A stretch of DNA of 64,000 bases from an uncultured Acidimicrobiales bacterium (lineage in GTDB: Bacteria > Actinomycetota > Acidimicrobiia > Acidimicrobiales > VFJN01), in NCBI GenBank assembly GCA_963778415.1, contig CAVZUI010000009.1, positions 70,169 through 134,168 on the forward strand, in the 5' to 3' direction. Below the pieces are notes generated by a model, which worked only from the letters and a program-made list of their open reading frames with translations, made no database searches and was not told the origin of the DNA. Every line of letters starts with the position of its first letter. Position 1 is the stretch's first letter. Of this stretch, positions 1 to 10,443 are shown piece after piece. The position numbers and the translations under genes were made by a program.

Positions 1-1601
1 CGGGCGTCAGCAACCACGGGATGCGCTCGGTCCTCATCGCGAGCCACCAGCCGTCCTTGTACATGGCCCGGTTGCCGACCGTCTCGAAGTACTGCTGCGT
101 GTGGTGCTCGGGTGCCGCGCCTTCGGACAGCGAAGCGAGGAACGAGGTTCCGTGCATGGGCTCCTGCTCGATCCCGTCGACCGTGTCGGGCACGGGGATG
201 CCCGCGGCCTCGAGGATCGTCGGAGCCACGTCGATCACGTGGGTGAACGGCGTGCGAAGGGCACCGGCGCTGCTGCTGATGCGAGCGGGCCAGTGCACGA
301 CCAGCGGGTTGCGCGTGCCGCCGAGGTGTGAGCCCACCTGCTTGCCCCACTGGAACGGCGTGTTCCCCGCCCACGCCCACGCCGCCCCGTAGTGCGGCGC
401 CATGAGCGAGGAGCTCCACGCGTCGAGCCCGCCGTACAGGTCTGCGAGCTGGAGCTGCATCTCATCGGTCAGCGGGATGCCGTTCTGCATCGTCAGCTCG
501 TTGAACGAGCCGGTGACGGTTCCCTCCATGCTGGCGCCGTTGTCGCCCCAGACCCAGATGATCAGCGTGTCGTCCAGCTCGCCCAGGTCCTCGATCGCAT
601 CGATCACCCGCCCGACGTTGTGGTCGGCGTTCTCGGAGTACCCCGCGTAGACCTCCATCTGGCGGGCGTAGAACCGCTTCAGGTTGTCTGGCACGTCGGC
701 CCAGGCCGGAAACGCCTCGTCGCGGGGGGTCAGCGCCGCGTCCGGCGGGAACGACCCCGAGCTGCTTCTGGCGGGCGAACGTCTCCTCGCGCAGCCGGTC
801 CCATCCCTGGTCGAACTGGCCCTCGTACCGGTCCGCCCACTCCTTGGCGACATGGTGCGGGGCATGGCTGCAGCCGGTCGAGTAGTACACGAAGAACGGC
901 TTGTGTGCGTCCTGGGCACGTACCCCGTGGAGCCACTCGATCGTGCGGTCGGCCATCGCGTCGGGGAAGTAGTACGGGTGCTCCTCGTCGTAGAACTCCT
1001 CGGGCGTGCCGATGATCTTCTGGTTCTCCGCGAGGCAGGGGTCCCACTGGCTCGATCCGCCGCCCAGGATTCCGTAGAAGTAGTCGAACCCCCAGCCGTT
1101 CGGCCAGCGGTCGAACGGCCCCGCCGGACCTTGCTGGCCGTCGGGTGTCAGGTGCCACTTGCCGAACGTCGCCGTGCTGTAGCCGTTGTCCCGGAGGATC
1201 CGGGGCAGGGCCGCGCAGTCCCGCGGCAGGGTGGCGGAGTAGCCAGGGAACCCGCACGCGAACTCGCCGATCGACCCGAACCCCACCGCGTGGTTGTTCC
1301 GCCCGGTCAGCAGTGCCGCCCGCGTCGGGGAGCAGAGCGCCGTGACGTGGAAACGGTTGTAGCGAAGACCGCCGTCGGCCATCCGCGTGTAGTTCGGGGT
1401 CTGGATCGGCCCGCCGAAGGTGCTCGGGTTGCCGAACCCGGCGTCGTCGATGAGCACCAGCAGCACGTTGGGGGACCCCGCCGGCGGCCGCGGGTGCTCG
1501 ATCAGGTTCCAGTCAGGCTGGGAGCCGGCGAGAGTCCTGTCGACGATTCCCGTGAACCTCTCTCGCCGGATCGGGAGCCTGCTGCGATCGGGGTCACTCA
1601 T
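1..1601 (-). CDS. Arylsulfatase (formylglycine-dependent sulfatase), runs off the left edge; frameshift near 740
   Basis: PNVLLVLIDDAGFG, FGly motif CSPTRAALLTGR, FGKWHL, HAPHH; continues in another frame as GDNGASMEGTVTGSFNE; likely ATG at 1601 (MSDPDRSRLPI). Confidence 0.93.
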
Positions 1602-1737
1602 CGTCTCCGTCTCCCTCGGGTCGCAACGGCCGGGTGTCCCCGACTCGCGCACGTCCATGGCCGGAAGCACGCGACGACGCGAGCTGCGACGCGGCGCGCT
1701 CTCCCTCTGATCGTGAACCGTGGCGACGCGAGATCCC

Positions 1738-1754
1738 TCATCCCATCGGGACGA
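1738..1754. promoter_or_regulatory. Palindromic site TCATCC-N5-GGACGA upstream of sulfatase
   Basis: Imperfect inverted repeat; on the minus strand CACGAT (-10-like) follows 22 nt later; same geometry at 22397, 37934 and 50459. Confidence 0.55.
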
Positions 1755-1771
1755 TCAGCTGCAGGAATTGA

Positions 1772-1922
1772 CAGCTGGGACCGGGACGTGATGTCGAGTT
1801 TGAGGAAGTTGCGATAGAGGTGCGAGCCGACCGTGCGAGAGGTAGAGCCGCTGACCGGTCCCTCCGGTTCGAAGGGCCCTCGGCCGCCAGGCGGGCGATC
1901 TGCATCTCCCGGGCGAGAGCAG
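1772..1922 (-). pseudogene. Degenerate LuxR-type HTH C-terminal remnant
   Basis: Across small indels the minus strand reads LLSP.EMQIARLAAEGPSNR..GQRLYLS.RTVGSHLYRNFLKLDITSRSQL; no N-terminal part, the upstream gene ends at 1924. Confidence 0.75.
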
Positions 1923-1923
1923 G

Positions 1924-2440
1924 TCAGCCGTCGTGGGGCCGCGCCTGGCTGCCCGCCCGCCCGGGGCGCGCAGCTCCGCCTGGGCCGGGCGTCGGGGGTG
2001 CGTGCGGCTCGAGCCACCAGAAGAAGAAGCGGGCCGTCGCCTCGGCCAGGAGGACGGCCACGCCCTGAACCCCCGCCCACAGGAGGAACACCGGGAAGCC
2101 ACGATTGGCGAGCGAGGCCTGCTCGTCGGGGAACCAGTAGAGGACGAGCAGCAGCAGGACGGACGAGCTCAAGGCGAGGACGACGAGCGCGTTGAGTGCG
2201 GCGATCCAGAGGTGGAGCCCGCGGGCGGCGATCCGTTCCTCGTCGCGCAGCCGCCTCCACGCCAGGACCATGTGCACGGCGCCAATGGCGGCGCTGGCCG
2301 ACCAGGACGTCGTCGTCCATGCTGCCGACGCCGGCGTTCAACACCTCGGAGCGCACGGCGACGGCCGGGACGAGGACGACGACGAAGCCGGCGAGCGCGA
2401 AGCCCGCGGCCACCGCGGTGTCGGTGGCCCGGCCGCTCAG
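1924..2440 (-). CDS. Hypothetical multi-pass membrane protein (frameshift near 2290)
   Basis: About four hydrophobic segments over two frames (AVAAGFALAGFVVVLVPAVAV; LWIAALNALVVLALSSSVLLLLVLYWF; FPVFLLWAGVQGVAVLLA); abuts the phosphoesterase stop; start uncertain. Confidence 0.6.
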
Positions 2441-3396
2441 GACCCCTCCCGGGCTCGCAGAGCGAACCGGTCGGCCACCGACCCGTCCTCCCGAACGCAC
2501 GTCGTGGTCATGCGGTCGTCCACGACCTCGACGTGGAGGAACTGCAGTGTGCGCTCCGCCACTGCCGTGAACGCACGGCGACCCACCCGGGTGGTCTTGC
2601 AGCCGCCGCCACTCACCACGTACGTGACGCCGTGCTGGGGCTCGGTGCGCTCGTAGTCGTGGTCGTGCCCGCTGAGGACCAGGTCGACATGGTGGCGGCT
2701 CAGCAGAGGCACGAGACGCTCCTGGGCGCCTGGCGTGCTGCCGTGCTGGCCCGACGAGTAGGGAGGGTGGTGCAGGGCCACCACCTTCCACTGGTTGGCA
2801 GAGCTGGCCAGGGCGTCGTCGAGCCAGTCCAGCTGCTCGGGCGCTCTCGGCCCGTACATGCCCGGGATGCTGGAGTCGAGGAAGAAGAAGTCCACCGGGC
2901 CTCGGCTCGTCGTGTAGTAGCGACCCGGCGTGCCCAGCAGCTCGAGCTCGGCCTCGATGGCGCTCAACCCGTGGTCGGTGAAGTGAAGCGTCGTGTCGTG
3001 GTTGCCGATCGCGAGCTCGAAGCCCACGCCCGCGTCGATGAGAGGTCCGAGCGGACGCCGGAACGCGGTGTCGAACCGGCGCCGAAAGTTGCCGTAGTAG
3101 CAGATGTCGCCCAGCAGCGCGACCAGACCGTACGGCGCCTTCTGGTAGGTGATGGCCATGCGCTCGGCGACTGCCAGCGCCTGGCGGCCACCGCTGCCGT
3201 TGTCGCCCAGCGCCACGAACGACAAGCGGTCGTCCGCCGTCTGCCAGGCATGGGGCCTGAGCTGCACGTCCGGCGCCTCGCCGGGCAAGAGGTCCTCTCG
3301 TGTCAGCAGCGGCCACACCGCACCGGCCAACGTGCCGGCAGTCGCCGTGGCGCCGACCAGCCCCACCCCTGCGGCGAGGAACTCACGCCGGTTCAT
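2437..3396 (-). CDS. Tat-exported calcineurin-like metallophosphoesterase (purple acid phosphatase-like)
   Basis: Twin-arginine signal MNRREFLAAG; motifs GDNG, LLGDICYY, GNHD, HHPPY, GHDHDYER; intact ORF. Confidence 0.92.
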   Translation of the reverse strand: MNRREFLAAGVGLVGATATAGTLAGAVWPLLTREDLLPGEAPDVQLRPHAWQTADDRLSFVALGDNGSGGRQALAVAERMAITYQKAPYGLVALLGDICYYGNFRRRFDTAFRRPLGPLIDAGVGFELAIGNHDTTLHFTDHGLSAIEAELELLGTPGRYYTTSRGPVDFFFLDSSIPGMYGPRAPEQLDWLDDALASSANQWKVVALHHPPYSSGQHGSTPGAQERLVPLLSRHHVDLVLSGHDHDYERTEPQHGVTYVVSGGGCKTTRVGRRAFTAVAERTLQFLHVEVVDDRMTTTCVREDGSVADRFALRAREGS

Positions 3397-3461
3397 CACC
3401 ACCACATATTGGAGTCAACCGCAGGCGTTGTCCCAGGAGGGGTGGACCTGTGGCGTTGCGG

Positions 3462-3545
3462 TCAGACGAGCTGCAACGCCGTGGCGCGATGAACGGCTGC
3501 GGACCGGTGGGGGACGTCGAGCTTGCGGTAGATGGCTCGGACGTG
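3462..3545 (-). pseudogene. Second LuxR/MalT-type HTH tail remnant
   Basis: Reads HVRAIYRKLDVPHRSAAVHRATALQLV*; in-frame TGA 12 codons upstream, so only the last helices remain. Confidence 0.65.
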
Positions 3546-3625
3546 ACGCAGCACCTCGCGGCACCCCCGGATCAGATATCACCGGATCACGCGGCAGTCC
3601 GGCGTGGTCGTGAACCGGCAGGATC

Positions 3626-3886
3626 TCAGGTCACGTCGCCGGCCTGTCGCCGGCGGGCGACGTCGTGGGGGCGGGCGTAGCGGCCGAGCAGCATGGCTCG
3701 GCATGGCGGGCACAGCCACCAGTCCGGTCGGGCGGGTGGATGCAGCGCGGGATCACCTTCGAACAGCAGTCGACAGCGTCCGCACCGTTGGGGCGGAGGT
3801 TGGTCCTCGGCCAGTGGTTGCCGGGGGGCGGTGTCGGTGCGCGCGGAGTCCTCGTCGCCCAGGACGGCATGCGGAGTGGGGGACAC
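3626..3886 (-). CDS. Small putative zinc-binding protein (86 aa, CxxC...CxxC)
   Basis: AGGAGG 4 nt before GTG; RCGRCRLLF and WWLCPPCRAMLLG. Confidence 0.6.
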   Translation of the reverse strand: MSPTPHAVLGDEDSARTDTAPRQPLAEDQPPPQRCGRCRLLFEGDPALHPPARPDWWLCPPCRAMLLGRYARPHDVARRRQAGDVT

Positions 3887-4008
3887 GGTGCCTCCTGTGG
3901 TGGGGCGCTCAGCCACCGGACGGGTAGGGCCAAAGGCAAGTTCCGGCGGCGCCAGCGAGGTTGCCCCCACCACGTCGGGATTCGGTTGGGCGGTGGCGCG
4001 TCGTGATG

Positions 4009-4089
4009 TCAGTGGGCGGTCCGTGCCCGCATGAAGCGGTACAGGCCGAGGGCCACGATGACGACGATGGCGAGGACCAGGAGTTCCAT
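4009..4089 (-). CDS. 26-aa single-pass membrane peptide MELLVLAIVVIVALGLYRFMRARTAH
   Basis: Purine-rich RBS region GAAGAAGGGAAAGACC before ATG; hydrophobic helix followed by basic tail; below ORF-track cutoff. Confidence 0.5.
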   Translation of the reverse strand: MELLVLAIVVIVALGLYRFMRARTAH

Positions 4090-4216
4090 GGTCTTTCCCT
4101 TCTTCCCCGAGGTGTGGCCGCCGAACGACGGCCACGACCCCCGGGCCTGCGCCGTACCGTATACCTGAACTCAAAAACCTGCAATCTGTTTCTAGAAAAC
4201 GGGGTAAGGTGTCGCC

Positions 4217-4537
4217 ATGGGCAGTTGGAGCTTCCTCACCAACCATGCACGGGTGCTGCTCTGCATCGCCCATGACCCCGGCGTGCGGCTGCGGGACCTC
4301 GCCGCCATGGTCGGCGTCACCGAGCGCAGCGCCCACGCCATCGTCTCCGACCTCGTCGACGCCGGCTACGTGGTCAAGGACAAGGACGGTCGCCGCAACC
4401 GGTACCGCATCCAGGAGCACCTGCCGCTACGCGACCCGATCACCCAGGAACGGACCATCGGCGAGATGCTCGACCTCCTCGTCGGCGTGAACACCCACCG
4501 CAACTCACACGACCAGGACAGGACCCAGCATGTCTGA
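4217..4537 (+). CDS. Small winged-helix transcriptional regulator (MarR/AsnC-like HTH)
   Basis: WSFLTNHARVLLCIAHDPGVRLRDLAAMVGVTERSAHAIVSDLVDAGYVVKDKDGRRNRY, characteristic actinobacterial wHTH family. Confidence 0.88.
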   Translation: MGSWSFLTNHARVLLCIAHDPGVRLRDLAAMVGVTERSAHAIVSDLVDAGYVVKDKDGRRNRYRIQEHLPLRDPITQERTIGEMLDLLVGVNTHRNSHDQDRTQHV

Positions 4538-4664
4538 CAAGGCACCCGGCAAACCGAACGGGAAGAAGCCCGGCAAGACACTCAAAGAGAAGCGAACAGC
4601 CAAGAAGCTCAAGCGCAACAAGGGGACAGGCCTGATGCCGACGACCGACCGACGTCACCCGTGA
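4530..4664 (+). CDS. 44-aa Lys-rich small protein MSDKAPGKPNGKKPGKTLKEKRTAKKLKRNKGTGLMPTTDRRHP
   Basis: Overlaps the regulator's end and the next GTG (GTGA); A-rich codon patch in high-GC DNA; resembles small actinobacterial KKxGKxLKEKR proteins (recalled, not searched). Confidence 0.65.
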   Translation: MSDKAPGKPNGKKPGKTLKEKRTAKKLKRNKGTGLMPTTDRRHP

Positions 4665-4900
4665 CGGAACCCGGGGCTTGCTGGTACAGCGACCCAGGGC
4701 ACCAACCCACGCTGGGCTGGTGCCCCCGTTCCTGCACCGGTGCGGTGATCTACAGCGAACGCACCAGCAACGGTGACCGACACGTCTACTGCGCCACGCA
4801 CGCCTACTGGCGCCGCAAGACCGTCCGGCTGGCGCTCGTACGGCGCATACGACCCGGCGACCAACCGAGCCCGTCCCGCAGGCACTCCGACACGTGGTGA
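4661..4900 (+). CDS. Small Cys/His-containing hypothetical protein (79 aa)
   Basis: GTGA coupling to upstream stop; CWY...WCPRSC...YCATH. Confidence 0.5.
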   Translation: MTEPGACWYSDPGHQPTLGWCPRSCTGAVIYSERTSNGDRHVYCATHAYWRRKTVRLALVRRIRPGDQPSPSRRHSDTW

Positions 4901-5514
4901 GGCCCGACGGATCGGCGCCGGTCCCCCGCCGCTCCCGCGCCGGTTCCGATCCGAGATCGGCGCGTCCTGCCGGCCGCGAGGGCCTGGAGGTCGCGCAGCG
5001 CGTGTGGCAGCGCAGTCTCGAACTGGTCGGTGCCGGCAGCCACCTCCACCTGCCGAACCACGCGCTCGTGCTCGCACGCACGGCGGGTCACGACCTCGAC
5101 ACCATGACCCACGCCTTGGGACTCGGCCGCTCCCAGGCCCGCCACCCGTCCAACGACGAGACGACCCGCCGCGGCGTTCGGCTGTTGGAGCGAGCGATCG
5201 GCTACCTCGGTGTCAGGTCGGTCCAGGGCGATATCGCCAGCACGGGCTTCGGCGTGACGAGACCCCACCAGCCAGGGTCGCGCTCGGTCCTTCACGAAGG
5301 TCAGCACCACACCACAGACGACGATCGAAGGGCGCTGCCCACGCCGGCCGAACGACCCTCGCCGTTCCTGACCGAACCATGGCCGCCCGAGCCGATCCCG
5401 CCGCCCGAGCCGATCCCGCCGCCCGAGCCGGTCCCGGCACCCGAACCGATCCGCCCGCCGATCCTTCGATCGGGCGGCACGCCGGTGCCGTCCCGGCGGC
5501 TTCCCCGGCACTGA
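4894..5514 (+). CDS. Hypothetical protein with Pro-rich repeat tail
   Basis: Overlaps previous stop; globular-looking middle (LEVAQRVWQRSLELVG...VRLLERAIGYLGV) then (PPEPIP)n. Confidence 0.45.
   Translation: MVRPDGSAPVPRRSRAGSDPRSARPAGREGLEVAQRVWQRSLELVGAGSHLHLPNHALVLARTAGHDLDTMTHALGLGRSQARHPSNDETTRRGVRLLERAIGYLGVRSVQGDIASTGFGVTRPHQPGSRSVLHEGQHHTTDDDRRALPTPAERPSPFLTEPWPPEPIPPPEPIPPPEPVPAPEPIRPPILRSGGTPVPSRRLPRH
5383..5454 (+). repeat. 18-bp tandem repeat x4 (CCGCCCGAGCCGATCCCG)
   Basis: Two perfect and two degenerate copies encoding PPEPIP. Confidence 0.9.
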
Positions 5515-5663
5515 GGGGCTCGCGGGGTGTGTCGGCGGATCAGACGATCAAGAGACGGCATCCTGCAGCACGTCGATACGGTGGGCCCTGGAAGCCCGCG
5601 TCGTCGCTCGGCCATGGCTCGAGTCGTACGTCGCCTCTTCTGAACCGACACGAGGAGGCGACC

Positions 5664-5945
5664 ATGCAGGGATCGATCGAGACGTGGCCGGGTGACGATG
5701 ACCTGTCCCGGCAGCGGCGCAAGCGGGAAGCGCGAACGCTCGACGGCGAGGTCCCCGACTTCCCCGGTGTGACAGTGGCCGACGTCGTCGCTGATGTCCT
5801 CGCGGCGAGCAACGAGGGCCACGCCGCGTTCGACGTGGCCAACTACCTCGTGGAACGAGGCCACACATCGACGACGATCAAGACCGTCGTCGCGTACCTC
5901 GAACGCGGCTCGGGATCGCCACAGGCGACGGTTCCTCACACGTGA
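5664..5945 (+). CDS. Hypothetical protein (93 aa)
   Basis: GAGGAGG RBS before ATG; MQGSIETWPGDDD...FDVANYLVERGHTSTTIKTVVAYLERG. Confidence 0.6.
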   Translation: MQGSIETWPGDDDLSRQRRKREARTLDGEVPDFPGVTVADVVADVLAASNEGHAAFDVANYLVERGHTSTTIKTVVAYLERGSGSPQATVPHT

Positions 5946-6116
5946 TGCCGCTGGAGTGCTCAGACGACGTCGATCAGTCGGTGATGACCTTCCTCGCCGA
6001 GTGACACCTCCGACGTCACGAGTCCACCAACTGCGCCGGCGCGGTTCCTCACGGCGACGCCGGACGTGAACGCCTGGGACGCGGCCATCGGGTCGCCTTG
6101 TGGCGAGGATGGCCCG

Positions 6117-7284
6117 GTGGCACCGACGCGGATGCTGTTCACGACCCGACCGCTCGCTGGACATTTCGAGCCGCTGGTCCCCCTCGCGGTCGAGGCGAGG
6201 AGCGCTGGGCATTCGGTCGCGTTCGCGACGGGTGAGCCGTACACGAGTCGGGCGCGCGACGCCGGGTTCGACGCGTTCCATGCCGGTCCTGACGAAGGGT
6301 TCAGAGCCGAGTGGGCACCGCAGTTCCCAGGCTTCGATCAGCTGGTCGGCGACGCGCAACGCCGCTTCTTCCTGACCGAGATCTTCGCCAACCTCGAGCT
6401 CGGGCCGCGAGCCGAGGACCTCGAAGCCATCGTCGACACGTGGCGACCTCAGATCATCGTGCACGAGGTGGCCGAGTTGGCGGCCCCGCTGGTTGGCACC
6501 GCCCGCGGCATTCCCTACGCGGACGTCAGCTACGGGGCGCTCATCGGTTCGTCACTCCTCCGGGCGACCGGTGAGGCCGCGGCCCCGCACTGGCGGGCGC
6601 GAGGGCTCGAACCACATCGCCGTTGCTGGACTGTTCCGCCATCTCTACGTCGACACGTGTCCGCCGGCCCTGCAGTCGCCCGAGATCGCATCCATCACCG
6701 CCGTACAGCAACTGCGACCAGCCGCCGCCGAGGTTCCGAGTGCCGCCCCACCGGAGTGGCTCGATCGACTCGACGCTGCCGCGATCGTCTACCTGACGAT
6801 GGGGACCGTGTGGAACCGCAACCTCGACATCTTCAGGCTGGTGATCGAGGCGGTACGCGATGAGGACATCGCCGTCATCGTCACCGTCGGCCGTCAGAAC
6901 GATCCCGCGAGTCTCGGCCCCCAACCCGACAACGTGGTCGTCCACCGATACATCCCGCAAGGGGAGCTGCTTCCGCGCTGTCACGCGGTGATCACCCACG
7001 GCGGAGCGGGAACGACTCTCGGGGCTCTCGCCTTCGGCCTTCCCCTGCTGGTCCTTCCGCAGGGGGCCGACCAGTACGCCAACGCCGAGCGCGTCGTGAC
7101 CGCCGGCGCAGGGCGACAGCTCCTCAAGGACGAGCTGTCGGTCGAGGCCGTCCGGGACTCCCTGCGCACAGTCCTCGACGACGTGAGCTACCAGCGCGCC
7201 GCGCAGCGTGTCCGGGCCGAAATCCGCGCGATGCCCGACGCGCACGACGCGCTCAGACGGGTCGAGGCGCTCGCCCGGGCATGA
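6117..7284 (+). CDS. GT1 family (MGT/EryCIII-like) glycosyltransferase, frameshift near 6620
   Basis: RMLFTTRPLAGHFEPLVPLA; VYLTMGTV; YIPQGELLPRCHAVITHGGAGT; LPQGADQ. Confidence 0.92.
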
Positions 7285-7849
7285 ACCCGAATCACTCGGT
7301 ACTCGCCAAGGACGCACCAAACCGCACTCCCGATGCGCGTGGAGACGAGCGAGTGCGATGTCAGGCCACAGGGTCGACGAGCACCGCCACGAGGAGGCCC
7401 ACGAGAAACAGGACAGCCAGCGCCAGCGCGACGAGCGGGGGGTTGAGGAGCGGCAACGGGGCACCGCGGGATGGTGGCGCGTCGACGACGATCGCAGGTC
7501 GCGATCGACGGGGTGGGCCCGACGCGGGAGGCGTCCCCGGCGCTCGCGCCAGGGCATGGCGCGCCGTCGAGCCCGCGCCGCCGAGGGGGGGAGGCAACGG
7601 CGGCACGGGGCTCGAACGGGGTGGCACACCGACACTGTGGGGTGCACGGGGGCGCCGATCCTCACGCGGTCGCGTAGTAGTTCCGAGATCACAGCTCGTC
7701 GGCAGGCCGAGCCCCACAGCCTCCACGAAACGCTCGAGGCCGTGGCCGACGGGGGCAGTCGCCTGCACGCCTGGATCCGGCGACGGACGGCGGTCGCGGT
7801 CCTGAACGCGAGGTCATGACGCCGAAGACACGGTCGGAATCGTCGTCGG

Positions 7850-10421
7850 CTACCTGCGCCCCCTCCACTCCTCGACCACGCCCTCGAGCCTGGTCGCCCA
7901 CGTCCCCAACATCCCGCGGCCCTGATCTCGCCCGAGGCGCGGGGTGCGAGGCCGCAGTGACGCAAGTGTCCACTCCTTGACGGCGCCCCCTCCCATCTCG
8001 ACGACCTCGCCGTCGACCCCGACGCGGATCGGTGGGGCCAAGGCGGGCTGCACAGCCACTCTGAGGCGGTCGCGGGCGATGACCAGCTCGACCCGATGGC
8101 CGCGGTAGTGGACCTGGGACCGGAGGGTGGGTAGCTCGTCAGGGAGTGCGGGCTCGAGCCACAGGACGCCATCGCGGGCCTCGACGCCGCCGTAGCAGCG
8201 CTGGATCAGGTCCACGGTCCCGGCCATGGCGCCGAGGTGGATCCCTTCGTGGGTCGTGCCGCCCTGGATGTCGTCGATGTCGCTGCGGAGCGCATGGAGG
8301 AACAGCTCCCACGAGCGTCGCCGGTCGAGGCGGGCCAGCACCCAGGAGTGCACGACCCACGACAGCGTCGACCCGTGGGACGTGCGCGCCAGGTAGTACT
8401 CGACGTTCGCCCGCAGGTCGTCGTCGGGGTCGAACGGATACCCGAGCCGATCGAAGACCTGTCCGACCTCGGCCGCCGACAGGAGGTAGAAGAGCATGAG
8501 CACGTCGGCCTGCTTGGAGAGCTTGTAGCGGTTCGTCGAGTCCCCTTCGGCCTCCAGGATCCGGTCGAGCCGCTGGATGTCGCCGTAGCGCTCCTGGTAG
8601 TCGAGCCAGTCGAGCTCCTCGAGGCGCTCGTAGCCCTCGAACTGGCTGATGACACCGTCGTGGAAGCAGACCCGCATCTTGCGGCTGACGTGGTCCCAGC
8701 GATCGAGCTCGTCGGTGGTCAGGCCGAGCTGATCCCAGAGCTCTCGGGCGTGGCGGTCGGGAAGGAGCTCGAGGATCTCGAGAGCCCGGCAGAGGACCCA
8801 GGCGGTCATCACGTTCGTGTAGGCGTTGTTGTCCAGACCGGGCTCGCCGTGCTCCGGGGTAGCCGTCGTGGTACTCGTCGGGGCCCATCACCCCTTTGAT
8901 CTCGTGGCGGTCGAGCGTGTCGTCGTAGGTCGCGAGACCGGCCAGGAACCTGGCGATCTCGATGATCATCGGCGCCGCCCCGGAAGCGGAGGAACTCGAC
9001 ATCGCCGGTGACCTGGTAGTAGCTCCACGAGTTGTAGGCGACGGCGATGTCGATGTGTCGCTGCAGATGGGAGTTGTCGGGCAGCCACCGCCCGGACCGG
9101 GGGTTGAGGTGCAGCGTCTGGGTCTCCTCCCGACCGTCGCTCCCGCTCTGCCACGGGTACATGGCGCCGGCGCGGCCCTCGCGCCGGGCCAGTCTGCCGG
9201 GCAGCTGGCAGCCGTTGGAAGCGATAGTCGAGCATCGACCGGGTCAGGACGGGAAGCCTCAGGTTCAGCAGCGGGAAGACGAACAGCTCGTCCCAGAAGA
9301 CGTGCCCGCGGTACGCCTCGCCGTGGAGGCCCCGGGCGGGGACGCCACAGTCGAGTCCGATGCTGTTGGGCGACACGGTCTGGAGCAGGTGGAAGACGTG
9401 GAGCCTGAGGGCGAGCTCCGCGTCTCGCTGACCCTCGAGCGGCAGGTCGAGATGGCCCCACAGCAGGTCCCAGACGAGCACGTGGGGCCTCAGCAGCTCG
9501 GCGAAGTCGGCGGCCTCCTCGACCGCCGTACGCGTCGCGAGGCCGGGCTCGGAGATCGCGGGATCGCGCGAGCTGTGGACGGCGACCACCTTCTCGACGG
9601 TGAGCCGTTCCCCTTGATGGACGTCGACGACGAACCCGTGGGCCACGAACCCGGGCTCGTCGACCACGCTCGGACTGTCGGAGACGGGGCGTCCGTCCAG
9701 CGTGACCCGCGTGCGGGCCGCCTCGGCGATGAAGATCGCGCGACTGGCGTGTCCGGACCTGCAGGTAGATCCCGCCGCTGCCCAGATCGCCCTGCTCGAC
9801 AGGGACGAGATGGTCGCCACGCAGACCCCGGTAGCGAGCGACCCCGGTGTTGGTCACCGTGCCGTCGAGGGCCGAGCGCAGCTCGATCGGCCCCGACCAG
9901 TTCTCGCCCTCGAGCGTGGTCTCCAGCGCGGCCAGGTGCGGTTGCGACATGTCGACGAAGCGCCGCTGGGTCACCCGCGTCACCCTGCCGGCGGGATCGC
10001 GGGAGCGCACGACGCGGGTGAGCACCCCGCGGCGTAGGTCGAGGTCCTGCCGGTAGCCGAGAAGGTCGAGCCGGCGAAGGTCGAACCACTCGCCGCCGTC
10101 GATCCTGAACGTCAGCGGCAGCCAGTTCGGCATGTTCACGATGTCTTCGTTCTCGACCGTTCGCCCGGCGACCTCGGTGACCAGGCGGTCGTAGCAGCCC
10201 GCGACGTATGTGCCCGGGTAGTGCACCTCGTCGGCGCGGGCCTCGGGTGCCGCGCCCCTCGTGGCGAAGTAGCCGTTGCCGAGCGTGCACAGCGCCTCCC
10301 GCAGCCCCTCCCGGTCGGGATCGAAGACCTCGTAGCGCAAGACCCAGTTGCTGCTCGGCGCACCGTGGTCCGGGACGGGCAGCTCCTCGCCGGGCGGGTC
10401 ACTGCGCCCTCGAATCGCCAT
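7850..10421 (-). CDS. Glycoside hydrolase family 65 (trehalose/maltose/kojibiose phosphorylase-like), several frameshifts
   Basis: EALCTLGNGYFATRG; ARGLHGEAYRGHVFWDE; YPWQSG; GPDEYH; KQADVLML; HGSTLS; GIHLGAMAG. Confidence 0.93.
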
Positions 10422-10443
10422 CGCACACTCCCGGGCCGGAGAC

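Noticed and set aside
5383-5454. 18-bp repeats as a possible CRISPR array
   Set aside because: Head-to-tail with no spacers, in-frame Pro-rich coding repeat, no cas genes
7290-7850. Possible minus-strand ORF with a C-terminal TM helix (PLVALALAVLFLVGLLVAVLV)
   Set aside because: No convincing start, RBS or family motif; frame cannot be fixed
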